This document shows, piece by piece, positions 9,498 through 19,629 of a stretch of DNA of 64,000 bases (its first letter is position 1; each line of letters starts with the position of its first letter). Origin of the DNA: Methanotrichaceae archaeon. Lineage in GTDB: Archaea; Halobacteriota; Methanosarcinia; Methanotrichales; Methanotrichaceae. Below the pieces are notes generated by a model. It worked only from the letters and a program-made list of their open reading frames with translations, was not told the origin of the DNA and made no database searches. The position numbers and the translations under genes were made by a program. The stretch spans positions 1-64,000 of the forward strand of contig CAVVKN010000022.1 in the NCBI GenBank assembly GCA_963748825.1. Direction: 5' to 3'.

Positions 9498-10781
9498 TTA
9501 TCTCATATATTTCCTAGCGAATGTAGTGATAAACGCTGCCCACATAAATGTTCCGAAGATAGCTTCTATCATCGCCATTGCCTGATATTTAGGGATGGGC
9601 TGATAACCCATATATCCCGGACTAATTGCATTTACAATATATCCTGGAGCAAACGATGTAGCAAAGCTGAATTTTATATAATCAAATGGTTGCATCGCAT
9701 TATTTATTCCACTTTCTGCCCAATAGTAAATCCCAAAACAAGCGACCGATAATAGCCACCAAGCCATGAGCCTAAAGGGATGTATACCATATCCGAATAT
9801 CAATCGAACAAAAAATAGTTCGAAACACTGAATATACCAAGACTTTCGCTGCCTTCTTGCATCCATTTCCTGATAAAAATAGTAATCAGCGTTTTCTCTA
9901 TCTCCTTTATTTTCTGAAAATTTTTTTGCCAGCCTGCATGAAGCTTCTCTTGATTTGGAGTCTTGAATTTTCGCTCCTCTGAGATCAAGGATTCCTTCCT
10001 TAAATCTGGCTCCATCAAGCAAGAATTCGCCATCAAAGCTGGAATTATAAAATAAAGTATATCTGTAGAATTGGGAATCCCAGAACGTACTCTTTCCATG
10101 GAAATGGGACCCGTTGAAGATAGCATGTTTCTTGAATTTGGATCCATTAAAATCTACAGAATTTTCGAATTCAGTTTCTATAAAATACGCATTCATATAA
10201 AACGTTGACAACAGAAATGATGCTTTTCCAAATATTTGAGCCGAGCTGAAGATTGCATCCCCTTTAAACTTAGCCTCAGTAAAATCTGCATCCTTATCAA
10301 AATAGCTACTATTGAAATCAGCATAACCTTCAAAAAAAACACTGTTGAATGGTGAATCTCCATAGAATTCTGCTAATCTAAAGGATGCTATTCGCCTAAA
10401 TAAGGTATCTATAAAGGAAGCGCTTTCACAGAAGCACGAATTATTAAAAGAGACATTATCTTCAAAATGGGTGAAACATAAAAAAACGAACTCTATAAAA
10501 GTAGTGCCATCAAAATTTACCGAATCTTCGAAGAATGCATCACCTAATTCTGTTTTTCCTCTTATCTCCGAATTCGTGATTTTAATGGGCGAACGAATGT
10601 GGATTTTTTTATCCTCAAGCTTATGAAGACTGAGAGAATAAATGTCTAAATCACCGATTATGGCAACATGGTCATACTCTATCAGCGCTCCTTTTTCCAT
10701 TTTCTCAAGGATCTCTTTAGCAGGAACCTCTGTCAGGCCATCAGATTCTATGATTTCTTCTTTTGCCATATATCCCCACAC
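9498..10781 (-). CDS. Pentapeptide-repeat protein with C-terminal membrane (ion-channel-like) segment
   Basis: Repeated A.F....F motifs; C-terminal GYG..P.R plus TM helices; AT-rich. Confidence 0.8.
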   Translation of the reverse strand: MWGYMAKEEIIESDGLTEVPAKEILEKMEKGALIEYDHVAIIGDLDIYSLSLHKLEDKKIHIRSPIKITNSEIRGKTELGDAFFEDSVNFDGTTFIEFVFLCFTHFEDNVSFNNSCFCESASFIDTLFRRIASFRLAEFYGDSPFNSVFFEGYADFNSSYFDKDADFTEAKFKGDAIFSSAQIFGKASFLLSTFYMNAYFIETEFENSVDFNGSKFKKHAIFNGSHFHGKSTFWDSQFYRYTLFYNSSFDGEFLLDGARFKEGILDLRGAKIQDSKSREASCRLAKKFSENKGDRENADYYFYQEMDARRQRKSWYIQCFELFFVRLIFGYGIHPFRLMAWWLLSVACFGIYYWAESGINNAMQPFDYIKFSFATSFAPGYIVNAISPGYMGYQPIPKYQAMAMIEAIFGTFMWAAFITTFARKYMR

Positions 10782-10919
10782 ATTATTGATCCATTTATAT
10801 AGCTAATATATCAATTGGTTGATTGCTCCCATGTGGCAGCAGGAGCCTGCCTGGCCATTCGGCGTACAGAAGTTGAAGAGCTTCTAATGGCTAACCAGTC
10901 TCCTGCCAGCTCTCACAGA

Positions 10920-11085
10920 GCTGCCCATCCGGCCTCCTGCCCCTGGACACGAGCGCGCAGCGGGCCCTGTGCCCGAGGAGCGCTGCCGGAAGCGAGGCCC
11001 GACCCGGAGGGCAGCCAACGTGCGGGCCAGCAGCGGTCAAGGGATTGACTATGTGATTAGGATAGTGAATTGGGTCAAATGTCCC
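10920..11085. repeat. GC-rich dispersed repeat, copy 1
   Basis: Shares CCGGAAGCGAGGCCCG...CAGCAG(C/T)GGTCAAGGGATTG...AATTGGGTCAAATG with 11845-11985, and CATCCGGCCTCCTGC..GGACACGAGCGCGCAG with 14127-14170. Confidence 0.8.
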
Positions 11086-11307
11086 TGCAAAAAGTCTTTG
11101 TGTGTCCTTTGTGAGCTTCGTGATCTTTGTGGTTGCATTCGTTCGTCGTCGCTTTGAAGAGAGCGGCTAATAGTAACCGTACATTTGGGCGCTGGCATGT
11201 AGACTGGACCGGCAAACATGGGCCAATATTTTCCTTCACCTCATCTATTTAAACCAAGAAGAATAACTCTAACTCCGTAATGCGCAAACGTGCGTCTAGG
11301 TGAATCT

Positions 11308-11502
11308 ATGGCAGGCATATCCGACGAGCAATACATAATCGATGCTAAAGGCAATAGAAAAGGGGTTATTCTTTCCATAGAACGCTATGAGCAGATGACT
11401 GAGGATCTTCACGATCTTGCGGTCGTTGCTGAGCGTAGGAATGAGCAGACCATTAGCTTAGAAGAGATGAAGCGAAGGCTGAAGCGAGATGGCGTCGTTT
11501 AG
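11308..11502 (+). CDS. Antitoxin (RelB-like) of a type II TA pair
   Basis: QYIIDAKGNRKGVILSIERYEQM.EDL.DL....ERRNE.TISLEE; overlaps the downstream toxin. Confidence 0.8.
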   Translation: MAGISDEQYIIDAKGNRKGVILSIERYEQMTEDLHDLAVVAERRNEQTISLEEMKRRLKRDGVV

Positions 11503-11755
11503 AATTGACTTCAAGCCGTCCGTAGAAAAAGACCTGCGTCGCCTGCCTGCCGAGATCATCTCACGGTCGATGGAAAAAATTGATAACCTTGAATCAGAGC
11601 CATTTCCCCCTCAATCTATCAAGGTATCTGGATCAGAAAAACTCCATCGTCTTAGAGTGGGCGATTATCGGATAATTTATGAGGTTGACGCAGTGGAAAA
11701 GGTAATAACGATTCATTACATCCGTCCTCGCAGCATTGTGTATCGTAATTTATAG
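11489..11755 (+). CDS. relE: RelE/ParE-family toxin
   Basis: S..KDL..L...P.P....K..G....HRLRVGDYRIIYEVD. Confidence 0.9.
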   Translation: MASFRIDFKPSVEKDLRRLPAEIISRSMEKIDNLESEPFPPQSIKVSGSEKLHRLRVGDYRIIYEVDAVEKVITIHYIRPRSIVYRNL

Positions 11756-11844
11756 AATCTCGTGATTCATGGCAAGCACTTTCGGAGACAATTCGCACAG
11801 AAATGCGGCTCCGTTCGTCTCCTGCTACCTCAACTCTGGCCCGA

Positions 11845-11985
11845 CCGGCCTCCCGCGCCCGGAAGCGAGGCCCGGCCCAAAGGCAGCCCCCCTGCCAGGG
11901 CCCCCAGGCAGCCGACGAGCGGGTCAGCAGTGGTCAAGGGATTGTCACTTGATTTAAGATAGGGTAATTGGGTCAAATGCCCCCA
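11845..11985. repeat. GC-rich dispersed repeat, copy 2
   Basis: Homologous to 10985-11085. Confidence 0.75.
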
Positions 11986-12123
11986 AATGTATCCCGACAA
12001 GAAGTGATGTTACCGATCAAATATCTCTATCAATATCCGTCTAACTTTATTTTTAAGCTCGAAATCGATCTCTCCGAACTCGCCTTCAATCAGAGATTTA
12101 TCTATTGTTGCGAGCTTGTTCAA

Positions 12124-13465
12124 CTCGCGGGGTTAAGGGGTCAAGGAGTCCCCATCCTTTAGGGTGGGGAGGAATTGGACCCCTTACATGATTACTTTCA
12201 CCTACAACAGATTGATATAGTATCTGGTGAATGTACTTAATCATGCAGCTCACAAAAACCATTATCCTGAAACTTGATTCGCTAGATAACGATCTAGCCG
12301 AGCTGCTAAAAGCCTTCTCGCAAGGCATGAATTACGCATCTCAATTCGTGTTTGACATCGGCAAGCCCATCGGGAGCGGCCAGATCCAAAAGGCTACTTA
12401 CAGGCATCTACGAAACAATCTTAACCTGAAATCTCAGATGGCTTGTAACGTAGCTCGCCAGGTATCGGGAGCCTACAAAACGCTGCAAAGTCAGATCGAC
12501 AAAGAAGAATCTGAATGGCAATCCCTAGATTTCGATCCAACCTCGGCCACATTCTCGTTTGAACGCGATTTCGCGTTATCCAGGGACACCCTGAGCATAA
12601 CCACATTGGCAGGCCGCAAGAGATATAAGATCCTGAATTATCAGTACGCTCAGAAATACCTAGACGGATCTTGGAAGTATCTGGCGTCCAAGCTTTGTTT
12701 ACACAAAGACGGAGATTACTTTTTCCATCTGGCCTGTGAGAAGGATATTCCAGACAAGAATATAGTTGATGCAACTACCTTCATGGGCGTTGATGTCGGT
12801 ATTAATTGTCTAGCTGTTGCCTCGACTACTGACAAGGAATGTAAATTCTTTGCAGGCGGCGAGATTAAGAATCACCGAAACATTAGATCCAAGGAACGCC
12901 TGAGACTTCAGAAGGCGGGCGGTCGCTATTTGGGCACTCGATCTAGCATGAGACTTCTACTGAAGTTATCTGGTCGAGAGACACGGTTTATGACTGCCAT
13001 GAATCATAATGTATCTAAAAAACTCGTTCAGTTCGCAATGCAAAATGAAGTCTCAGTAATCGGTATGGAAGATTTGACAGGTATTAGGAAGAGAACGGAA
13101 AGCAAAGTATGCAAAGAGTTTAGGTACGAGCATTCCAGTTGGGCATTTCGACAGCTACAAGGCTTTGTGGAATACAAAGCCAAAGAAGCCGGGATAGCTG
13201 TAATCTACGTGAATCCTGAATTTACTTCCCAAACCTGCCCAAGATGTAACCACATCAGCCGAAATAACCGGAAGGGCATAGCCTTCCGATGCGAAAAATG
13301 CGGTTACGAAACCCATGCCGATAGAGTTGGTGCATTGAATATTGAGCACCGAACACGAGACTTGAGGTATATCCTTGAGTCTCAGGGCGGTTTAGTCAGC
13401 CCGCCAGACGCGACACGACTTTTTACGTAGTCGCAAGCCACGTCCTTCGGGGCGTGGTAGTTGAC
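12124..13465 (+). mobile_element. IS200/IS605-family non-autonomous element (IS1341-like, tnpB only)
   Basis: Left hairpin CCCCATCCTTTAGGGTGGGG; right hairpin CCACGTCCTTCGGGGCGTGG followed by TAGTTGAC; no target duplication; excision rejoins the toxin codons. Confidence 0.88.
12231..13430 (+). CDS. tnpB: RNA-guided endonuclease TnpB
   Basis: RuvC-I GVDVG, RuvC-II MEDL, Zn ribbon CPRC..CEKC, RuvC-III ADRVGALNI. Confidence 0.93.
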   Translation: MYLIMQLTKTIILKLDSLDNDLAELLKAFSQGMNYASQFVFDIGKPIGSGQIQKATYRHLRNNLNLKSQMACNVARQVSGAYKTLQSQIDKEESEWQSLDFDPTSATFSFERDFALSRDTLSITTLAGRKRYKILNYQYAQKYLDGSWKYLASKLCLHKDGDYFFHLACEKDIPDKNIVDATTFMGVDVGINCLAVASTTDKECKFFAGGEIKNHRNIRSKERLRLQKAGGRYLGTRSSMRLLLKLSGRETRFMTAMNHNVSKKLVQFAMQNEVSVIGMEDLTGIRKRTESKVCKEFRYEHSSWAFRQLQGFVEYKAKEAGIAVIYVNPEFTSQTCPRCNHISRNNRKGIAFRCEKCGYETHADRVGALNIEHRTRDLRYILESQGGLVSPPDATRLFT

Positions 13466-13673
13466 CTGTATCACGGCCTTTTCAGCCCTGTGAGCTTGAA
13501 GCCGGGCATTTCCTTGGTCAGGAGGACATGGACATTGTATGGATCAACAGGTATTTTTGAAGAGATAAATGCCACAATGACATCCTCATGCCCTTCATAA
13601 ATCACAAGGGCAGGCCTTACTTTGGCACCCTTCAGATCGGTAAATGGAAACGGAATAGCAACGATTTTGCCTT

Positions 13674-13970
13674 TCATTTATATCTGACTTTCAGGTCTTC
13701 CAGGGTGTAGATATCGGGCTCGTCTTCTAAGAACTTACGCAAAGAGATCTCTCCCAACTTCATTATAGCTGCCATCTCTTCTTCTTTCGTCAGGTCATCC
13801 TCGTTGATCAGATCTGCGTTGATCTTAGGCAGAGATGGCTTTTGGCTTGCTGCATCAGATAATTTGACGGATTTATCGATCTCTTCGGCATCCATTCCTC
13901 TAAGTGCCTTGGCTCTTGCTCCTGGGATCTTCTTAGTTCTAGCAGCCATTACGATAATCTCCTCTTGCAT
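13674..13970 (-). CDS. Putative antitoxin upstream of the PemK toxin
   Basis: C-terminal E.SL.KFLEDEPDIYTLEDLKVRY; 4-bp overlap with the toxin start. Confidence 0.7.
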   Translation of the reverse strand: MQEEIIVMAARTKKIPGARAKALRGMDAEEIDKSVKLSDAASQKPSLPKINADLINEDDLTKEEEMAAIMKLGEISLRKFLEDEPDIYTLEDLKVRYK

Positions 13971-14172
13971 GCACTAAATACCTTTTGGAAAGAATTGGAT
14001 TGGCTCTGTACGTCCTCTGTGCGCTCTGTGAGCTCTGTGGTTGGAGTCGTTAGCTGTCGGTCCGCAAGATGGAGATAATAGTAACCACAGACCGAACGCT
14101 ACTTGCAAACCATTCGAACCGAAACACTGCTCATCCGGCCTCCTGCGCCCGGACACGAGCGCGCAGGCGGGC

Positions 14173-14403
14173 CCCTGCCCGGCGGCGCTCTACCTGGGCC
14201 TGGAGCGCGGGGCCGTTACCCGAAATCAACTCGATGTGCCCCAGTTTCGCCGCTTCTGCCGCGCCCTGATCGAACACTACGTGGACCTCTTGCAGATGCT
14301 GGCCCGCGAGGGCGCGCGGCTGCGGATTGTGGGGGTGGCGGGCTGCCCCAGCTGCGGCGTTACTACTACCAGCAGCGGCTATACGGGTGGGCGGGTGCGA
14401 GAG
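14173..14403 (+). pseudogene. Partial duplicate of the DUF523-like gene (source 8987-9217)
   Basis: PCP.ALYLGLER.AVTRNQLDVPQFRRFCR.LIE...SSGYTGGRVRE near-identical at DNA level; lacks the N- and C-termini. Confidence 0.9.
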
Positions 14404-14914
14404 ACTGATTGTACGCCGGGGTTCCGTAAATTTAACTTAATGGCAGTAATAGACCTGCATACTATTTTAGGCTAGAATCGCCAGGAATGGGGGGCGCGCA
14501 ATAACGCCAAAATCGCTGCAAAACCAAAACCTTTATCCGATAAAAGAGACGGCATTAGATTGGTGTAGGAAATGGATGCAATTACTATAGTCGAGTGGCT
14601 TCAGGCCCTGCTGATATTGGCAATCTTCCTGGGAATAATGGCAACGAGCTTCAAGGTCTGGCGCTGGAACTACGCAACTCCGCCCAGATAAATCTGCGGC
14701 ACAGACAAGATCCATCAGCTATCTTATTTTCCATTCCGCGACAGTAGCATGCGGTTCAAGCTACTGTTTAAATTGATCGGTTCTAAAACTGGGGGCATAA
14801 TCAGGGGGCGCTATCCCTTAAGTAGGGCCCGGCTCGCACAGCAATAGGGCGGCAAATTTTGGTTCTAAAAAAATTTGCTTTAAAAAAATGTTATTAAAAG
14901 ATGAGAATTTCCCA

Positions 14915-15799
14915 TCACGGCCAGATCGAAGGAGGAGCGCTGCCTTCCGGTGTCCCAACTACAGGCCTTGCTGCCGATACGATGCCAGTCGTCGCTTGGA
15001 CGGATGTCTGTGTGAATACATATCCGGGAAATTCGGCATTTACGAGGTAGACTCCTGTTGCCACATCGAGGGCATAAAACCCAGCAGAGCCCGTCGTTGT
15101 GGAAAATTTCCCGCCATCGCTATTGGAAACAGTTACCTTAACGCCGGGCATGCCCTGACCGTTCTGATCCAGCACTTTTCCAGTCAGACTAAAGGAGGTG
15201 GGATAGCTTCCCGAGTCCACCATGATGGAAAGATTGTTGCTGGCCAACCCCGCTGAGACAAAGCGATAGATGTGCGGACCAAGGTAATCAGCATAAGCCC
15301 CGTTTATCCTGTACCAGCCCGGTGTGACGTAGCCCTGGTTTAGGATTTGGCGATTATAATCGTAAAGCTGGAAGCTTCCCTTCCCGTTTACTCGTGCCCA
15401 GAGCGCATACGGCTCCCCTAAAGACACTCTGCCCTCTGTTAAGAGGTCTTTGCCCCTTTGCAGGTAAAGCTGATTGGCCAGCTTCTGGCCGCCTCCCACA
15501 ACCAGCCCCTCACTTGCCGGATCAGCAGGCTCAAGTAGCAAGCTGAAAGCGCTCATGCCACCTCCCAAAGGATCCCATTCCGGCCTTCCCAACTGAGCAG
15601 CAGAACCTGCGCCGAAGGGATCCCACTCCGGTCTTCCAGCACCATAGGGACTGAATTCATCGGGTACTATGGTGCTGACCTGATTGCCACTTGATACAGG
15701 AGTTCTCATCCTAGAGTCGCCCATACCCTGTGAGGCGGACGGATCTGCTAAAAGCAGAGCAATCATCAACCCTGCAATAATAAATATAATTTTTCCCAT
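14915..15799 (-). CDS. Secreted protein with C-terminal carboxypeptidase-regulatory-like domain
   Basis: Signal peptide MGKIIFIIAGLMIALLLADPSAS; duplicated GRPEWDP.G; LTGKVLDQNGQGMPGVKVTV...G.Y motif. Confidence 0.7.
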   Translation of the reverse strand: MGKIIFIIAGLMIALLLADPSASQGMGDSRMRTPVSSGNQVSTIVPDEFSPYGAGRPEWDPFGAGSAAQLGRPEWDPLGGGMSAFSLLLEPADPASEGLVVGGGQKLANQLYLQRGKDLLTEGRVSLGEPYALWARVNGKGSFQLYDYNRQILNQGYVTPGWYRINGAYADYLGPHIYRFVSAGLASNNLSIMVDSGSYPTSFSLTGKVLDQNGQGMPGVKVTVSNSDGGKFSTTTGSAGFYALDVATGVYLVNAEFPGYVFTQTSVQATTGIVSAARPVVGTPEGSAPPSIWP

Positions 15800-16130
15800 A
15801 CTGAAATTCCCCGTGAATTCATAAGCTGCCAAGCACTTAAACGTTATGCATTTTCGTCTTTCTATCGAGCTATATCGAGAAGCAGGCGGTATATAGGCGG
15901 TCGTGATCGCAATCACATTTATAAATGAAAAGTGCATTCCAAGCAAGGCAGGGCAGCGTAGGATATGGCAATGTGAGGTTGCATAATGTGAGCTGAACTC
16001 AGCAGATATAAGAAAAATAAGAAAAAGAAAAATGGGAAAAGCAATTAATATCAATCCAACAAAAACAAAAAATATAAATAAGGAAAATACGAGTAGATAA
16101 CTTATAATAGTCATGTATTGGAGGAGATCT

Positions 16131-19100
16131 ATGGATCATGTCAGGGTCGGTGGAGTCTGTCTGCTTCTAATAATAATAGCTGCGGCTCTGCCAATTAATG
16201 TATTGGCGCAAACCCCTCAGGCTGCAACTAGCGATAATGCAGCGAACGGGGCGGCCCCAATCATAAGTCAGAGCTTGCTTTCTAAGAGCGCACAGGGAGA
16301 GACGATATCGGCAGAAAATCTGGCCAAGCGCAACACAGGACTTAAGCCGCTGGCAACATCGAAAAGCAAAGCAGTCTCAGCGGAATCCCCAACATCGACT
16401 GCTGCGCAGACGAATGTAGCCAAGGCCGAGCCTGCTCCGGCAGCTTCAACCGCGCCGGCGGCATCTACTGTTGTGCCACCCCAGGATACCTCTTCTGAGA
16501 AAAACCAGATAGAGTCCAATCCTCAAGAAGGGGCTGCCTCAACAGCGGCTGCAACAACGCCTGCCGCCGATGTCACAGTGACCCCGGACATGATCGCCAA
16601 GAATACGGGAACGACACAGGTCGACACGAAGTCGTCTTTGCCTCCTGCGTCGAACGAGACATCTATTTCTCCTGAGAATTTAACTCTTGGAGCGGTGGTT
16701 ACTGGAAATGTCTCTCAGAATGAATCTGCGAGTGCATCACCAAATGCTAGCGAAACAGAGAATGTAAGCGAAATAAAAACAAGTGAATCAACTTCTGATG
16801 AGATCGAGTTTGGAACGGACAGGATTTGGAGAGAGGGCATTAGCCCGCTTGAATATACCTGGACGCCTCAGTCATTTTCCGGATTTTTCTATGACCTAAA
16901 GAATGATGTGGGCACGGAAAAGCTTACAGTCAGACTTCAGAAATCCGGAAGGTCTATTGACTCGGGCGACCTGACATATAGCACAGATGCCCAGGATACA
17001 GATTTTGATTTCAGTGACTGGGGAAGCTATCAGGTTATGGGCTTCATGGCCGATAAGTATTTTGCAGGCTACAAGGCCAATGATGTCTTCGACAAGGATA
17101 GAAGTCTGATAAATGACGGCCAGCTTAGAAGAGTGCTCATAGACAGCGGCAATGAGAACACTATTACCACAGGATCGGTTATGCCCCTGGAAGAGGGCTA
17201 TGAGCTGCGCATCAAGCAGATAGACCTTAACGGAAATAAAGTATATCTGGCCCTGGCCAAGGATGGAGAAGAGGTTGATAGCAAGGTAGTGTCACCAGAA
17301 AATCCCAAGAGCGCTACGTACCAGTACAAGGTAGATATTGCTGGAGAAGATACTCCAATCGTCCTGGCGCATATTTCCAATGTTTTTGCCAGCACCGAGT
17401 CTGCGCTTGTAACAGTGGACGGCCTCTTCCAAATATCCGACACATTTGCTGCTGTTGAAGATGGTGATAAGTACGATAAAATGAAGGTAACTTCCGTTTC
17501 AGACCAGGGTGTAGAGATGGATAATGAGGATTCCCTCACCCTGAGAAAAGGAAGCACTACCAAGATCTTCGGAAAAGTTGGATTCCTGGTTGCGGATGCC
17601 GATGAAATTCGCTTTGCACCCGTGGTAGAGAGAACAGGAAGCTACGATGTGAGGGGTACAGTGATAAATCCCTCCGAAACCAAAGAGTTTACCTGGACAC
17701 CTTACAACTTCGAAGGATTTTATTACGACATCGACGATGATGTTGGGACGGAGAGCTTGCAGGCTAAGATAAGCGGCGGCTCCAAGATCGAAGAGAAGGA
17801 TCTGATTTACCAGACGAGTCCCCAGCCGGTCAAGTTCAAGTTCGAGAACTGGGGCAAGTACGATGTCATAGGCTTTATGGCCGACAAGTACTTCGCAGGC
17901 TATAACAATGCGACCAAGTTTACGGACGAAGAAAGTGCCATTAGCGAGGGTCAGCTCAGACGGGTCTTGCGTGACAGCGACAACAGCCAGACCATAGCCA
18001 GCGGATCGGTTTTATCTCTAGAAGAAGGCTATGAGCTACGCATCAAGCAAGTGGACCTCAATGGCAATAAAGTCTATTTGGCTTTAGCCCAGGATGGAAA
18101 AGAGGTAGACAGCAAGGTTGTAACTCCTTCATCCGATCCGGCGGACAAGGCATCCAACTATATGTATAAGGTGGATATGGGCTCTCTTAAAGATGTTCCA
18201 ATGATTACAGCTCATATTCAGAGCGTCTTTAGAAGCACTGAGTCCGATCTGGCAACCGTTGATGCCATCTTCCAGGTATCTGAGAACCCCGAGTCTGTAG
18301 AAGAGGGTGAGATTCACGGCAAGATGAAGGTGGAGACTTTAGGAACTGACGGCATCACCATGCGAAATGATGGCACGATTAGCCTGGGACGGGGACGGGT
18401 TATCGATATCATGGAGAACTTAAGAATCGAGGTTGCCGATAGCTCCAAGAGGTTGCTTGCACCCATTGCGACCAAGACCGGAGAAGGAAAAGAAATGACC
18501 ATAAGCCTTCCGGACGGCTTGGTGAATCAGCCGGTATCTATCAGTGTCAAGTCCGGCACATCAAGTCTAAGCGGGGTTCAGATCCAGATAAATGGAAGTA
18601 CCGTTGGTACCACGAGTGTCTCGGGATCGATCAGCTACACGCCCGCCAGCGTCGGCACAGTCCAGGTAGTTGCCAAGAAGACGGGCTACAACGATGGCAA
18701 GGCCAGTCTGGTAGTAAGGACGGCTGCCGAGGCTGCCCGCTTGTCTGCATTCAAGAAGGCCAATGCCACATTGACCAATCAACTCACCATCAATGCACCG
18801 ACAGAAGTTGTCAAGGGAGAAAACTTCTTGATAACCGTGGTGCAGGGAATTAACCAGACGCCAGTGGATGCGGCAGTCGTATTCCTGGATGAAGAGAGCA
18901 TCGGGCGCACCGGCGCTCAGGGAACGATGACCTATTCTGCCAATGTCACCGGCGAGCATACCTTGAAGGCAGAAAAGGAGGGCTTCAATTCCACCACCAG
19001 GAAGATCAAGGTGGTCTCCTCCCTGAAGGTTATTGAGCTGACAGTCCCGGATAAGGCCAACGTGGGCAGCGAGATGAAGATCTCCGCTATTGTGCAAAAT

Positions 19101-19418
19101 GCCGGCAGCAATGAAGACTCCCGCCTGCTGGAGCTGAAGGCCAACGAGACCGTTGTGGGCTCCAAGAATGCAACTGTTAAAGCGGGCGAGAACTCCACAG
19201 TCAGCTTCAGCTACAAGCCCAAGGATCCGGGATTGACCAGGATCAGCCTGGATGAGCAGAGCAAGACGGTAAATGTGGAGAAGGCGCAGAGCAACAACTG
19301 GCTCATTGCCCTGATCCTGGTGCTGCTCATCGCCATCGGGGCCGGGTACTATCTCTACTCGACAGGAGAGCTGGACGGTCTGCAAAGGCAGGTTAAGAAG
19401 ATGATGCAAGGGCGATAG
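16131..19418 (+). CDS. S-layer domain protein (two DUF1608 repeats, Ig/CARDB-like C-terminal domains, TM anchor)
   Basis: Twice WTP..F.GF.YD...DVGTE.L and W..Y.V.GFMADKYFAGY; signal peptide; Ala/Thr/Ser-rich linker; C-terminal TM helix. Confidence 0.9.
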   Translation: MDHVRVGGVCLLLIIIAAALPINVLAQTPQAATSDNAANGAAPIISQSLLSKSAQGETISAENLAKRNTGLKPLATSKSKAVSAESPTSTAAQTNVAKAEPAPAASTAPAASTVVPPQDTSSEKNQIESNPQEGAASTAAATTPAADVTVTPDMIAKNTGTTQVDTKSSLPPASNETSISPENLTLGAVVTGNVSQNESASASPNASETENVSEIKTSESTSDEIEFGTDRIWREGISPLEYTWTPQSFSGFFYDLKNDVGTEKLTVRLQKSGRSIDSGDLTYSTDAQDTDFDFSDWGSYQVMGFMADKYFAGYKANDVFDKDRSLINDGQLRRVLIDSGNENTITTGSVMPLEEGYELRIKQIDLNGNKVYLALAKDGEEVDSKVVSPENPKSATYQYKVDIAGEDTPIVLAHISNVFASTESALVTVDGLFQISDTFAAVEDGDKYDKMKVTSVSDQGVEMDNEDSLTLRKGSTTKIFGKVGFLVADADEIRFAPVVERTGSYDVRGTVINPSETKEFTWTPYNFEGFYYDIDDDVGTESLQAKISGGSKIEEKDLIYQTSPQPVKFKFENWGKYDVIGFMADKYFAGYNNATKFTDEESAISEGQLRRVLRDSDNSQTIASGSVLSLEEGYELRIKQVDLNGNKVYLALAQDGKEVDSKVVTPSSDPADKASNYMYKVDMGSLKDVPMITAHIQSVFRSTESDLATVDAIFQVSENPESVEEGEIHGKMKVETLGTDGITMRNDGTISLGRGRVIDIMENLRIEVADSSKRLLAPIATKTGEGKEMTISLPDGLVNQPVSISVKSGTSSLSGVQIQINGSTVGTTSVSGSISYTPASVGTVQVVAKKTGYNDGKASLVVRTAAEAARLSAFKKANATLTNQLTINAPTEVVKGENFLITVVQGINQTPVDAAVVFLDEESIGRTGAQGTMTYSANVTGEHTLKAEKEGFNSTTRKIKVVSSLKVIELTVPDKANVGSEMKISAIVQNAGSNEDSRLLELKANETVVGSKNATVKAGENSTVSFSYKPKDPGLTRISLDEQSKTVNVEKAQSNNWLIALILVLLIAIGAGYYLYSTGELDGLQRQVKKMMQGR

Positions 19419-19423
19419 GCAGA

Positions 19424-19455
19424 GTCGCCCTTGGCCCTTTTTTTGTCTTTTTGAA
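19424..19455 (+). terminator. Oligo-T terminator after the S-layer gene
   Basis: CCCTTTTTTTGTCTTTTT immediately after the stop codon. Confidence 0.5.
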
Positions 19456-19629
19456 AAAGATAAGTCCTTTTGTTAATTTTTCCGGCTTTTTCATTTTTTC
19501 CTTTTTCGTCCAGCCTTGCCGGCAATCCTTGCCCATTTTTTGGGCAGCATGGGAATTATTGATATACCCTGACGTTTTCTCTCATGACACTGTATCGCAT
19601 AGGCAGAGCAAATCAAAATCCACCAGGGT

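Larger units (their letters stand above)
12010..13677 (-). pseudogene. PemK/MazF-family toxin interrupted by the TnpB element and frameshifted
   Basis: N-part MKGKIVAIPFPFTDLKGAKVRPALV...TGLKRP (13677-13471); C-part LNKLATIDKSLIEGEFGEIDFELKNKVRRILIEIFDR* (12123-12010) rejoins across the element. Confidence 0.85.

Noticed and set aside
15800-16114. Hydrophobic N-terminal extension of ORF 14915-16114
   Set aside because: AT-rich divergent promoter region; the real signal peptide starts at 15799. The same reasoning applies to the track extensions of 35110-35667, 36389-36925, 38208-39026 and 61620-62972.
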